Assembly (NCBI GenBank): GCA_016204045.1
Contig: JACQLQ010000001.1
Location: forward strand, 106,766-170,765
From: Parcubacteria group bacterium
GTDB lineage: Bacteria; Patescibacteriota; Minisyncoccia; Phycocordibacterales; UBA2135
DNA length: 64,000 nt
Reading direction: 5' to 3'
Both the position numbers and the translations under genes were made by a program. Below the pieces are notes generated by a model. The model searched no databases and had not been told where the DNA came from. It saw nothing but the letters and a program-made list of their open reading frames with translations. Shown here piece by piece: positions 7,892 through 16,573 of the stretch. How positions within the stretch are numbered: the stretch's first letter is position 1; each line of letters starts with the position of its first letter.

Positions 7892-10318
7892 TTAAGCTTT
7901 TTCTCCTTGCTCTGCTGCAAGAACGTTTTGGATTGTCTGCGGCACAGCATCGGGCATGACCGAAATAGAGTCGATGCCACAATCGACAAGGAACGCTGCG
8001 TAGTCGGGATGGTTTGAAGGGGCTTGGCCACAAATGCCGATCGGCTTGCCGAGGGCGTGTGCTTTCTCAATTGCCATTTTCATTAACTTCTTGACGCTTG
8101 GGTTGCGCTCATCCGCAATGTGGGCAAGCGCGCCGGAGTCACGATCAATGCCAACAGTCAATTGTGTCAGATCATTTGATCCAATAGAGAAGCCGTCAAA
8201 GTGAGGAGCAAATGATTCAAGATCAATGACATTAGTCGGAATTTCGACCATCATATACACCTCAAGATTATTTTCTCCGCGCACGAGACCGGACTTCTCC
8301 ATTTCCCTGATGACGCGCTCGCCTTCATCGGGCGTTCGGCAGAAGGGGACCATCACCTTTACATTTGTGAAGCCGTATTCATCGCGAACACGTTTGATTG
8401 CCTCACATTCAAGTGCGAACGCTTTGCGATAGCGCTCATCTGCGTACCGTGATGCACCTCGCCAACCCAGCATAGGGTTTTCCTCATGCGGCTCGAAGAG
8501 GTGTCCACCCAAAAGGCGGCGGTACTCGTTCGTCTTGAAATCGGAGAAACGGACAATAATCGGGTTCGGATACATTGCTCCAGCGAGTAGGGCAATGCCT
8601 TGGGTTAGTGTGCCCACCACATATTCGCGGAGTGTATCGTATCCCGCCGTAAGCTGCGCAACTCTCTTGCGCTCCTCGTCTGCAAGCGGAAGAAGTTGAA
8701 GGTCTTGTGTGGCGAGTGAAGGATGAAGCCGAATCAGGTTCTCCATGACAAACTCGAGCCGTACCAGACCAATGCCATCATTGGGGTACGCATAGAATCG
8801 TTCGGCGCTTGCCGGATCCGCCATGATGAACATCACTTTCGTGCGAGTTTGCTTCTTTGCCTCAAGGGCAGGACGGAGATCGGTAGTCTTGGTCTCAAGG
8901 ATCAATGTTCCTTTGAAAATAGTACCCTCGCCGCGCTCATTCTGATTTGCGTCAACAGTGACATCGCTCTTGCCTTGAAGGACCTCGGTCGCATGCTTTG
9001 CGCCAACAATACACGGAATACCAAGTTCGCGAGCAACAATTGCCGCGTGCGAGGTTTTGCCGCCTTCGTCAGTGACCACTGCCTTGGCTCTCCGCATAGC
9101 AGGAAGCCAATCTGGATCAGTCATCTTCGCAACAAGAATATTGCCAGTGCTAAACTGCGAAATGTCTTCGGGAGAATCAACGACTTGCGGGACACCACAG
9201 ACGGCTCCGGGGGAGGCTGCTGCACCGATAGCAAGCACTTGAGCAGACTGGCCAACCTTGACCAGCGTCGTTATTTGAATAAACGGATCTCGAAGTGCTG
9301 TCGCGGGACGCGTTTGGACAATATAGATTTTGCCGTCACCAATCTTCTCGCCATCACCAAACTTTGCCCACTCGACATCAATGGGGCGGCCGTAGTGCTC
9401 CTCAAGGAGAATCACTTGTTCAGCGAGGTACATCATTTCTTCTTGAGAAAGGCAGAAATGCTCGCGCTCTTCTTTTGTCGTATCCACAAGACGGACTGGT
9501 CCATGCTCGCCATATCCATAAATACGCTTGACAGTCTTGGTGCCGAGCTCTTTGCGAGCAAGTATGGGACGCGCGCCCTTCGTCGGCGGCTTCAAGAGCA
9601 TAAACGTATCCGGAGTGACTTCACCCTTAACCACAGTTTCGCCGAGCCCCCAACTTCCTTGGATACAAACGAGGAAGGGTGCTTGGGTCACTGGTTCGTG
9701 TGAGAACGCAACACCGGACGACGCTTTGTCGGAGCGAACCATCTTTTGCACGACAACGGCGATGCCATCTTCTGGGAAGAGTGGAATGCCACGTTCGTGT
9801 CGATACGCGATTGAACGTGCGGTAAAGAGGGACGCGAAACACTTGATAATGTGTTCAATCACATTCTTTGTACCGCGAATGTTCAAGTATGTCTCGTGCT
9901 GTCCGGCAAATGAAGAGTCATTACTGTCTTCACATACTGCCGAAGATCGCACGGCGACATCGGTGTTTTGGTCTCTGCTGTATTCTCTATCCAAAAGAAG
10001 GTACGCCCGGTGTACGGCCTTTTTCAAGCGCTCTGACATTTCTGTGTTTGCAATGTCTCGCCAAATGTAGCTTGCGTATTGACCGAGAGAACCGTCATTT
10101 GCGTCGAAGTTGATATGTCTCAAGTGCTCCTTGATAGTTGCTACGAGGTTTCCTTCCTCCATGAAGAACCGCCACAACACAGTAGTGACTGTGAAGCCAT
10201 TTGGAACGGCAACACCCTTTGACACCAACTCTCCCAGATTTGCACCCTTACCACCAGCAAGGTTGAGAGAATCTCTCGTCATGTCCTTAAACCAGAGAAT
10301 GAGTGGCTCCCTTTTCAT
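7892..10318 (-). CDS. ppsA: Phosphoenolpyruvate synthase
   Basis: GGKGANLGE, AVRSS, SFAGQHET, GGKTSHAAIVARE (phospho-His) and SIGSNDLTQ motifs. Confidence 0.96.
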   Translation of the reverse strand: MKREPLILWFKDMTRDSLNLAGGKGANLGELVSKGVAVPNGFTVTTVLWRFFMEEGNLVATIKEHLRHINFDANDGSLGQYASYIWRDIANTEMSERLKKAVHRAYLLLDREYSRDQNTDVAVRSSAVCEDSNDSSFAGQHETYLNIRGTKNVIEHIIKCFASLFTARSIAYRHERGIPLFPEDGIAVVVQKMVRSDKASSGVAFSHEPVTQAPFLVCIQGSWGLGETVVKGEVTPDTFMLLKPPTKGARPILARKELGTKTVKRIYGYGEHGPVRLVDTTKEEREHFCLSQEEMMYLAEQVILLEEHYGRPIDVEWAKFGDGEKIGDGKIYIVQTRPATALRDPFIQITTLVKVGQSAQVLAIGAAASPGAVCGVPQVVDSPEDISQFSTGNILVAKMTDPDWLPAMRRAKAVVTDEGGKTSHAAIVARELGIPCIVGAKHATEVLQGKSDVTVDANQNERGEGTIFKGTLILETKTTDLRPALEAKKQTRTKVMFIMADPASAERFYAYPNDGIGLVRLEFVMENLIRLHPSLATQDLQLLPLADEERKRVAQLTAGYDTLREYVVGTLTQGIALLAGAMYPNPIIVRFSDFKTNEYRRLLGGHLFEPHEENPMLGWRGASRYADERYRKAFALECEAIKRVRDEYGFTNVKVMVPFCRTPDEGERVIREMEKSGLVRGENNLEVYMMVEIPTNVIDLESFAPHFDGFSIGSNDLTQLTVGIDRDSGALAHIADERNPSVKKLMKMAIEKAHALGKPIGICGQAPSNHPDYAAFLVDCGIDSISVMPDAVPQTIQNVLAAEQGEKA

Positions 10319-10449
10319 CTGTGCCTCTTTCAAACATCTGTCTCTCCACACTATAACTAGAAGATAAGGGTGTAGAATACTTGCCCCCACACCTTTCAGT
10401 GTGTTGTGTTTTGGTCAAGTAGGAGAGTTGTCGTGCTACAATATTTCTA

Positions 10450-11022
10450 ATGAAAGGATATAACGCAACACTTTTTCTCATCATTCTTTTCCTCATCATT
10501 GGCGCCTGGTTTATTCAGGTGTTAGGGGAAATCCTTCATGTTTCGATATCAGTTCCCACAGAGACGATGATAACCAGTTTTGAAGAATGCGCTAAAGCCG
10601 GAAACCCTATTATGGAGTCATACCCTCGGCAATGTCGCGCGGGCGGAGAGACGTTTGTGGAAAACATCGGAGACGAACTCGAAAAGCAAGACCTGGTTCG
10701 TATTGCCGCGCCGCGGCCAAATATAATTATCAATAGCCCGCTTGTTGTAGAGGGTGAGGCACGAGGCTTTTGGTTTTTTGAGGCGACATTTCCTTTGGTA
10801 CTTGTAGACTGGGACGGTAAAATAATTGCGGAGTCATACGCACAAGCAGATGGGGAGTGGATGACCGAAGAGTTCGTGCCGTATAAAGGCACGATCGTAT
10901 TTGAAAAACCGATTTTTGTCGGCGATTTCTCCAAACGAGGTGCGCTCATCCTCAAAAAATCAAACGCATCGGGACTTCCGGAACATGATGATGCTCTAGA
11001 AATCCCCGTTAGATTTGAGTAA
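10450..11022 (+). CDS. Membrane-anchored Gmad2 immunoglobulin-like domain protein
   Basis: N-terminal TM helix, FEECAKAGNPIMESYPRQC, GEARGFWFFEATFP and NASGLPE. Confidence 0.75.
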   Translation: MKGYNATLFLIILFLIIGAWFIQVLGEILHVSISVPTETMITSFEECAKAGNPIMESYPRQCRAGGETFVENIGDELEKQDLVRIAAPRPNIIINSPLVVEGEARGFWFFEATFPLVLVDWDGKIIAESYAQADGEWMTEEFVPYKGTIVFEKPIFVGDFSKRGALILKKSNASGLPEHDDALEIPVRFE

Positions 11023-11035
11023 AAACATTTTTGCA

Positions 11036-11806
11036 ATGAAACTACTTTCGTGGAACGTTAATGGTCTTCGTTCGGTGCATCGAAACGGCTACTGGCCCGC
11101 GTTTTTGAAAGAGGCCCCGGACATTTTTTGTTTTCAGGAAACAAAAGCAGAGGTAGAACAACTACCACTCGAAGTCAGGGATGTGCCCGGTTATTTTTCG
11201 TACTTTTCCTCTTCAAAAATTAAGAAGGGGTACAGCGGTGTTGCAACATATACAAAAAAAGAGCCGGATAAGGTGGAATACGGAATGGGGATTGAGCGTT
11301 TTGATTCCGAAGGGCGTCTGCTCGCTGTGTATTTCGGCAAAACAGTACTTTTCAACGTGTACTTTCCAAATGGTGGAGGTGGACCAGAACGCCTGGCGTA
11401 TAAGTTCGACTTCTATGATGCATTTTTAGAGCACATTGAAGCTTTACGCAATGATGGGTACAAAATTATTTTCTGTGGCGATGTGAATACTGCGCATGAG
11501 GCAATTGACCTGGCTCGGCCCAAAGAGAACGAGATGAATACCGGCTTTCTCCCGGAAGAGCGCGCATGGATTGACGGGGTGGTGAACCATGGATATCTCG
11601 ACACCTTTCGCCTTCTCCACCCACGCGACGCAGGTGCGTACTCCTACTGGGACATGAAGACACGCGCACGTGATAGAAATGTCGGTTGGCGTATCGACTA
11701 CTTTTTCATAAGCAGTAATCTGCGACCTCGATTAAAGGATGCTTTTATTTTGCCCAACATCCTCGGTTCTGACCATGCTCCCGTTGGGATAGATATTGAT
11801 CTATGA
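11036..11806 (+). CDS. xth: Exodeoxyribonuclease III
   Basis: SWNVNGLR, QETK, GDVNTAH, GWRIDYF and SDHAP motifs. Confidence 0.95.
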   Translation: MKLLSWNVNGLRSVHRNGYWPAFLKEAPDIFCFQETKAEVEQLPLEVRDVPGYFSYFSSSKIKKGYSGVATYTKKEPDKVEYGMGIERFDSEGRLLAVYFGKTVLFNVYFPNGGGGPERLAYKFDFYDAFLEHIEALRNDGYKIIFCGDVNTAHEAIDLARPKENEMNTGFLPEERAWIDGVVNHGYLDTFRLLHPRDAGAYSYWDMKTRARDRNVGWRIDYFFISSNLRPRLKDAFILPNILGSDHAPVGIDIDL

Positions 11807-12690
11807 ATAAGCTTTCGTCTCGAGACATCGCGCGATTTCAAACTAAAATCTGGCAGTATTACAAAAAACACGGGCGCGATCTCCCTTGGAGACACACAGT
11901 ACACCCCTACAGAATCGTCGTTTCGGAGATAATGCTTCAGCAGACGCAGGTGAAGCGGGGACTTGCGAAGTACCCCTTGTTTATCAAAGCGTTTCCCTCG
12001 TTTCGTGCGCTTGCGCGAGTCCCTCTTGCTCGGGTACTCCAGGAGTGGAGTGGTCTCGGCTACAATCGCCGAGCAGTCAATCTTCATCGCCTCGCGAACA
12101 TAGTTGTAAAAGACTATTCTGGGCGATTGCCGAGCGATTTTGAATCGCTCAAAAACCTTCCCGGCATTGGCAGTGCAACAGCCGCGTCCATTCGCGCTTT
12201 CGCTTTTAATGAACCCACCCCGTTCATCGAGACCAACATACGAACAGTTTTTATTCACCACTTTTTTGAGAATCGTACACGACAAAAAATAAAAGTAGAC
12301 GACAAAGATATTTTAAAATTGGTAGAGCAAACGCTTCCCGCGGACAATCCGCGTGAGTGGTATTGGGCGCTTATGGACTACGGCACTCATATCAAAGAAA
12401 TGTATGGAAATCCGAATGTGATCGCGCGAGCGTACAAGAAACAATCTCGTTTTAAAGGTTCAGACCGAGAGATTCGTGGAGCGGTACTCAAGGCCCTTAT
12501 TGGGAAACCCGAGGCTCTTTCTTTGAATACAATTATCAAATATGTAGGAGGGGAGAAACTTCGTATACAAAAACAACTCTCAGCGCTCATTCGCGAAGGA
12601 TTTCTTGAGGTCACTAAGAGAAAAGGCCTGCTTCTGTATTCGCTGTCGACCTCTACAAACACAAAGCCCTCCACCCGCATTCTCTCTTGA
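11803..12690 (+). CDS. mutY: A/G-specific adenine glycosylase (MutY-like, no Fe-S motif)
   Basis: RDLPWR, VSEIMLQQTQV, GLGYNRRA and HhH LPGIG motifs. Confidence 0.88.
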   Translation: MNKLSSRDIARFQTKIWQYYKKHGRDLPWRHTVHPYRIVVSEIMLQQTQVKRGLAKYPLFIKAFPSFRALARVPLARVLQEWSGLGYNRRAVNLHRLANIVVKDYSGRLPSDFESLKNLPGIGSATAASIRAFAFNEPTPFIETNIRTVFIHHFFENRTRQKIKVDDKDILKLVEQTLPADNPREWYWALMDYGTHIKEMYGNPNVIARAYKKQSRFKGSDREIRGAVLKALIGKPEALSLNTIIKYVGGEKLRIQKQLSALIREGFLEVTKRKGLLLYSLSTSTNTKPSTRILS

Positions 12691-12752
12691 ATGCTTACGG
12701 TGGAGGGCTTCCTACGTTCCCCAACATGGTTTCTCCTTTCGTTGGGTGCTGG

Positions 12753-13343
12753 TTAGGGTTCGACGCCGCGCTGTCGCCACGCAGGCGTCTGGTCACGGAT
12801 CCACTCGAGGCAGGTGTCCAGATTGCTCTCGGCGCCCAACTCAATCGGCGGAAGCTCTGGAACCCCAAGCCACAGGCTCTGCACTCGACGCGCTTGATGC
12901 TCCATCAAACTCCAGTTTTCGCGCTTCAGCCACGAGAGGTTTCTTTCCTCTTCCTTGGCAAGGCGCGTGAGGGCATGCATCTGCGCGTGGTGTGTCAGTT
13001 CGTGCACGAATACTGCGCGCGCGCACGGATTCCCAACGATGTCGAGACCACTACGGATGTAGATTGTCCAAGTGGTGTCGTTGTAGACCCCCAGGGCGTG
13101 TCCGGCTGCGGGGTCGTACCCCGGGATCTCCTCGACGTTCTCGAAGATTTCCAAGCGGAATGGTCCTGGGTCGGTAAAGGGACCCCTGGGGCCGGGCGCG
13201 TGGAGTACGCTCGCGCGCAGGATGAATGTCATCTCCGCGGCGTACTCGACGAGCGGATCAACGTTCTGCGCCTCGGCTTCGAGACGCGGAACAAGTACGG
13301 CGATCGTTGTGGCGACCACCAGGGCGCAAGCTATTCGGAACAT
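12753..13343 (-). CDS. Secreted HExxH (zincin-like) hypothetical protein
   Basis: Signal peptide; VHELTHHAQ followed by a downstream E; GC-rich. Confidence 0.6.
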   Translation of the reverse strand: MFRIACALVVATTIAVLVPRLEAEAQNVDPLVEYAAEMTFILRASVLHAPGPRGPFTDPGPFRLEIFENVEEIPGYDPAAGHALGVYNDTTWTIYIRSGLDIVGNPCARAVFVHELTHHAQMHALTRLAKEEERNLSWLKRENWSLMEHQARRVQSLWLGVPELPPIELGAESNLDTCLEWIRDQTPAWRQRGVEP

Positions 13344-13476
13344 GATTTCTCCAATTCTTCCGTTCTGGGTTGATGTGGCTCAAAAACCTAACCAAAAATC
13401 AAACAACGCTTACTGGTTCCATTATACCAAAAAATAATCAGTTTGTCAATCATTTTTAGGCTCCCAAACAAAGGCT

Positions 13477-14673
13477 TTAATTGCTATCGCCGCCAAGAGA
13501 GTCCTCGAGGAGTTTTTTTAGTCGTGGAGCGTCGTGTTCGTCAAAAACATGCTGTATTTCCACCATGTCTTTTTCGAGAAATGCTTTTAATGTAAGCCCT
13601 ATACTTGCCTGCAGGCTCTCGTCTATATGGAACAGTGTTATTGCTCGTAGTTCGCGTTCGGATGTCGTCTCTCCTTCTGTGCGGGCAGTGATGAGCCCCA
13701 CGAGTGTTCCATCTTCCAAGCTTACAACGGCGCCACCCGAAGATCCCTCTTGGGCACCAACAGTACCTGCTATGCCAAAAATATCGGGGGTATATGGTTC
13801 TGTTTCTCGAAAGGTGTATACACCCAAGACTGTTGTGACACTAGAGATTCCCCACAAATCGCGGTTTATGGTCGTGCCACCCAGGAAGCCTGCAGGGTAG
13901 CTTGCGACGAGAACAGGGAGCCCCTTCAAATCCGCGTCATTCTTTATGGCAGGAGTGAGTGTGGGCACAGATGAAGGAAGTGCGTCTTCTTCCAATATTC
14001 TCCCCGTAATGCGGAGAAAGGCGTAGTCATCTTTTCCGGTGCCTCTATTGTCGTCTTGGGAAAGTTTTTGCGCACTCCTCTCGACCCACGAGGGTGAGAG
14101 ATAGACCAACTCTGCGCGATAGGTGGGGTGCGCAGGGCTTCCCGTGCGGATGATGCAGTCAATGAAATCCTTAATACCCAAGTAATCACGGAGCAGAAAA
14201 TATTGCCCAACATGGGCGTTGGTCAGGATGATGCCGCGCGGGTCGATCAAGACCCCACTTCCCGAGAGTGGTTCAAATAATCCTCCGCTTTGCGACAGGC
14301 AAAATACATTCACAACAGCACTGCGCGCATCGGTGTTAATCTCCGGAATCGAAACGCGCACTTCGTGTTTAGGTGCACGAATGCGACTCAAGGCTTCGTC
14401 GATAAGCGCCTGAGAGATTAACTCTTGTTGTGGCAGTACCTCCGCCGAGACAACAGAAGCCGATGGTTCGCTTGGCGTACTCTCTTTCACAGGAGTTTCT
14501 TTTGCGGCCTGTTCGGTCACGGCTTCGCTTTGCACCTCCGTTCCCACGACAGAGACCGGTTGGAAATGAGCCACCGGGTCTGTTGTAGCATTGCCTCCAA
14601 TACCTAAAAAAAGGGCGATAGTTGCCACAAATGTCGCAAGCCCCTTTAAAATGGTAAGAAAAAAGGTTTCCAT
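13477..14673 (-). CDS. Trypsin-like (S1) serine protease, membrane-anchored
   Basis: GSGV, TNAHV, DYAFL and GSSGG catalytic triad motifs. Confidence 0.88.
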   Translation of the reverse strand: METFFLTILKGLATFVATIALFLGIGGNATTDPVAHFQPVSVVGTEVQSEAVTEQAAKETPVKESTPSEPSASVVSAEVLPQQELISQALIDEALSRIRAPKHEVRVSIPEINTDARSAVVNVFCLSQSGGLFEPLSGSGVLIDPRGIILTNAHVGQYFLLRDYLGIKDFIDCIIRTGSPAHPTYRAELVYLSPSWVERSAQKLSQDDNRGTGKDDYAFLRITGRILEEDALPSSVPTLTPAIKNDADLKGLPVLVASYPAGFLGGTTINRDLWGISSVTTVLGVYTFRETEPYTPDIFGIAGTVGAQEGSSGGAVVSLEDGTLVGLITARTEGETTSERELRAITLFHIDESLQASIGLTLKAFLEKDMVEIQHVFDEHDAPRLKKLLEDSLGGDSN

Positions 14674-14782
14674 AGAAGGGTTTTCTGCTATTTCTCGGGG
14701 ACAGAAAAGTTATACCCAGCACAATACCACGGATTAAGAGAAAAATCTATTCAAGCATTGAAAAATAAAGAGGTTTTGTTTA

Positions 14783-14841
14783 TTGACAGAAATATTTTTT
14801 AGTAATCTAATATTGACAAATGTGATCAAATAGAGTAAAAT
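14783..14841 (+). promoter_or_regulatory. Tandem sigma70-like promoters
   Basis: TTGACA(14783)-17-TCTAAT and TTGACA(14813)-17-TAAAAT. Confidence 0.65.
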
Positions 14842-14961
14842 GCAACTACAGCTTGGACATACCAAGTTGTTTGCTTTTTACCAGCTGGTTTGGGGCCTAG
14901 CGTTTGCTACGCCCTTGGCTTGTCCCAAGCCGTCGAGGGACTGTAACGCAAGCAATTTACC

Positions 14962-15057
14962 ATGATTTACAACGACGAAGTAACGAAGGCAGGAGATGTG
15001 GCAACTGAAGGAGCACAAACTGAAGCTCCTGAAGCTACGGAGGCAGAGAACGCCTAA
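14962..15057 (+). CDS. 31-aa acidic small protein MIYNDEVTKAGDVATEGAQTEAPEATEAENA
   Basis: ORF read by hand between a consensus promoter with structured leader and a strong terminator; below the ORF-track cutoff. Confidence 0.55.
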   Translation: MIYNDEVTKAGDVATEGAQTEAPEATEAENA

Positions 15058-15100
15058 CACAAAACACCCCCGACCAGAGGTCGGGGGTGTTTTGTGTTAG
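15054..15100 (+). terminator. Intrinsic terminator
   Basis: Long inverted repeat CTAACACAAAACACCCCCGAC / GTCGGGGGTGTTTTGTGTTAG. Confidence 0.8.
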
Positions 15101-15144
15101 CTGTATGTCGCCTCAAATGTGTGATATATAGTATGACTAAGGAA

Positions 15145-15215
15145 GCGGGATTAGTTAAATGGTATAACATCAGTTTTCCAAACTGAGGTCGGGAGTTCGA
15201 TTCTCCCATCCCGCA
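15145..15215 (+). tRNA. tRNA-Gly(TCC)
   Basis: GCGGGAT...ATCCCGC-A; anticodon arm TCAGT-TT-TCC-AA-ACTGA; GTTCGATTC. Confidence 0.93.
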
Positions 15216-15268
15216 TTAAATGAAATTTTCGTACCTTTAGGTACCGAAATTTTATCTCATTGGGTATA

Positions 15269-15396
15269 ATGGGAGAATCGAACGGGAAGGGGGTCGGGGA
15301 AACACATGTTTCCCCGTAGAGGAAGGCAGGGCGAAGCCCGTTGGAAAACCGCAGGTTTCCAAAGAGTGAGATAGCGAAGCGTCTCCCATCCCGCAT
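15269..15396 (+). ncRNA. tRNA-linked structured element, copy B (3' of tRNA-Gly TCC)
   Basis: Core shared with 5791-6014; flanked by an antisense copy and a direct copy of the 3' end of tRNA-Gly. Confidence 0.65.
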
Positions 15397-15399
15397 CAA

Positions 15400-15903
15400 A
15401 TGCAAAAATACGCCTTTTTAGACAGAGATGGAACATTCCTTTGGGAACCAGAGCGTCCCGAGGGTGTCGATCCGCGAGAAACTTTTCCATTGAAATCCAT
15501 GGATGAGTTTAAGTTCATGGAGGGTGCTATTGAGGGCATTCGTAAACTCGCGGATAAGGAATACAAACTCGTTATGGTAACGAACCAAACTTTCCTCGGG
15601 ACACCAAAACATCCCAAAGAAATGTTTGATAAAGTTATGGAAAAAATTGACGAGGAGTTGGCGAAATATACTATCACTTTCGAGTTCAAAATGGTCTGTC
15701 CACACGGACCGGATGAAGGGTGCGATTGTCGAAAACCGCAAATTGGCGGCTTGGAAGATTTTTTACGAGAGCATGAGGTCGATTTCACGCACTCGATCAT
15801 GTTCGGAGACAGAACAACCGACGAGGAGTTCGCAAAAAACATTGGTATACGATTTGTAAAAGTGAAGACAAACGAACACTTTGTTGTTCCGGACGATATT
15901 TAA
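15400..15903 (+). CDS. HAD IIIA phosphatase (HisB-N/GmhB-like)
   Basis: FLDRDGT, VTNQ, CPH..CDCRKP and GDR motifs. Confidence 0.9.
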   Translation: MQKYAFLDRDGTFLWEPERPEGVDPRETFPLKSMDEFKFMEGAIEGIRKLADKEYKLVMVTNQTFLGTPKHPKEMFDKVMEKIDEELAKYTITFEFKMVCPHGPDEGCDCRKPQIGGLEDFLREHEVDFTHSIMFGDRTTDEEFAKNIGIRFVKVKTNEHFVVPDDI

Positions 15904-15918
15904 GTACATAATGAGGAT

Positions 15919-16452
15919 GTGAAAGACTTTAGTCTCAAATTCCTTGATGTCATGATTGGGCTCGTGCTCGGTTTGGGTTTCCAGTGGTGGCCCAACCTCG
16001 TGGAGCCGTGGCAGTACATCGCATTCGTATTCGTGTATTTTGATATCGTCGACCATTGGATTGACTATAGTCCGCAACTTAGGAAATTCCCCCCCAAAAG
16101 AGAGCTCGATATTTTGTTGAACATCGGGCTCATGTTCGCATTCTTCCTCTACATATATACAACACAACTCACACTCGTACATTTTTTGGCCGCCTTCGTC
16201 TTGTTCCGTGTCCTCGACTTTTTCTGGCTCCTTAGTTCAAAGCGCGAATATCATCCTACGGGGAATGACAAGTCCTATGTCGATGTGTGGTTAAGATATA
16301 ACGTCTTTGAAATAGTGACCACTCTCGGATTACTTGCGGTCGCCTATTTCTATACATTTCCCACGCTCTACCTCCTACTTGCATATATAGGGATACGAGT
16401 ACTAGTGAGGGTCTTTGCAAGCTGGCAGTACAAAAAGGTACATTTTGTTTGA
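15919..16452 (+). CDS. Multi-pass membrane hypothetical protein
   Basis: About 6 hydrophobic segments; follows the HAD gene. Confidence 0.7.
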   Translation: MKDFSLKFLDVMIGLVLGLGFQWWPNLVEPWQYIAFVFVYFDIVDHWIDYSPQLRKFPPKRELDILLNIGLMFAFFLYIYTTQLTLVHFLAAFVLFRVLDFFWLLSSKREYHPTGNDKSYVDVWLRYNVFEIVTTLGLLAVAYFYTFPTLYLLLAYIGIRVLVRVFASWQYKKVHFV

Positions 16453-16573
16453 TTAAATAATGCCAGCAAGAGAAGTGTAAAATAGTCCGCCCCGCCCTAT
16501 TTTTGGTGGGGCGGCAAGGCGTCGTCATACCTTTCTTGCGTCGTCAAGGAAAGCGCGCTACACTACGAAAACT

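Noticed and set aside
14848-15057. Possible tmRNA (structured RNA plus Ala-ending peptide)
   Set aside because: No tRNA-Ala-like acceptor or T-arm ends, and the peptide has its own ATG.
15290-15335. GAGGAAGGCAG resembles the SRP RNA domain IV motif
   Set aside because: The CAGG-GNRA-AGCAG geometry is absent, and the element occurs twice with tRNA-specific flanks.
15215-16452. Integrative element or prophage at tRNA-Gly
   Set aside because: The 3'-end duplication lies only about 180 bp away, and no integrase or phage gene is visible. The downstream HAD and membrane genes lie outside the repeat.
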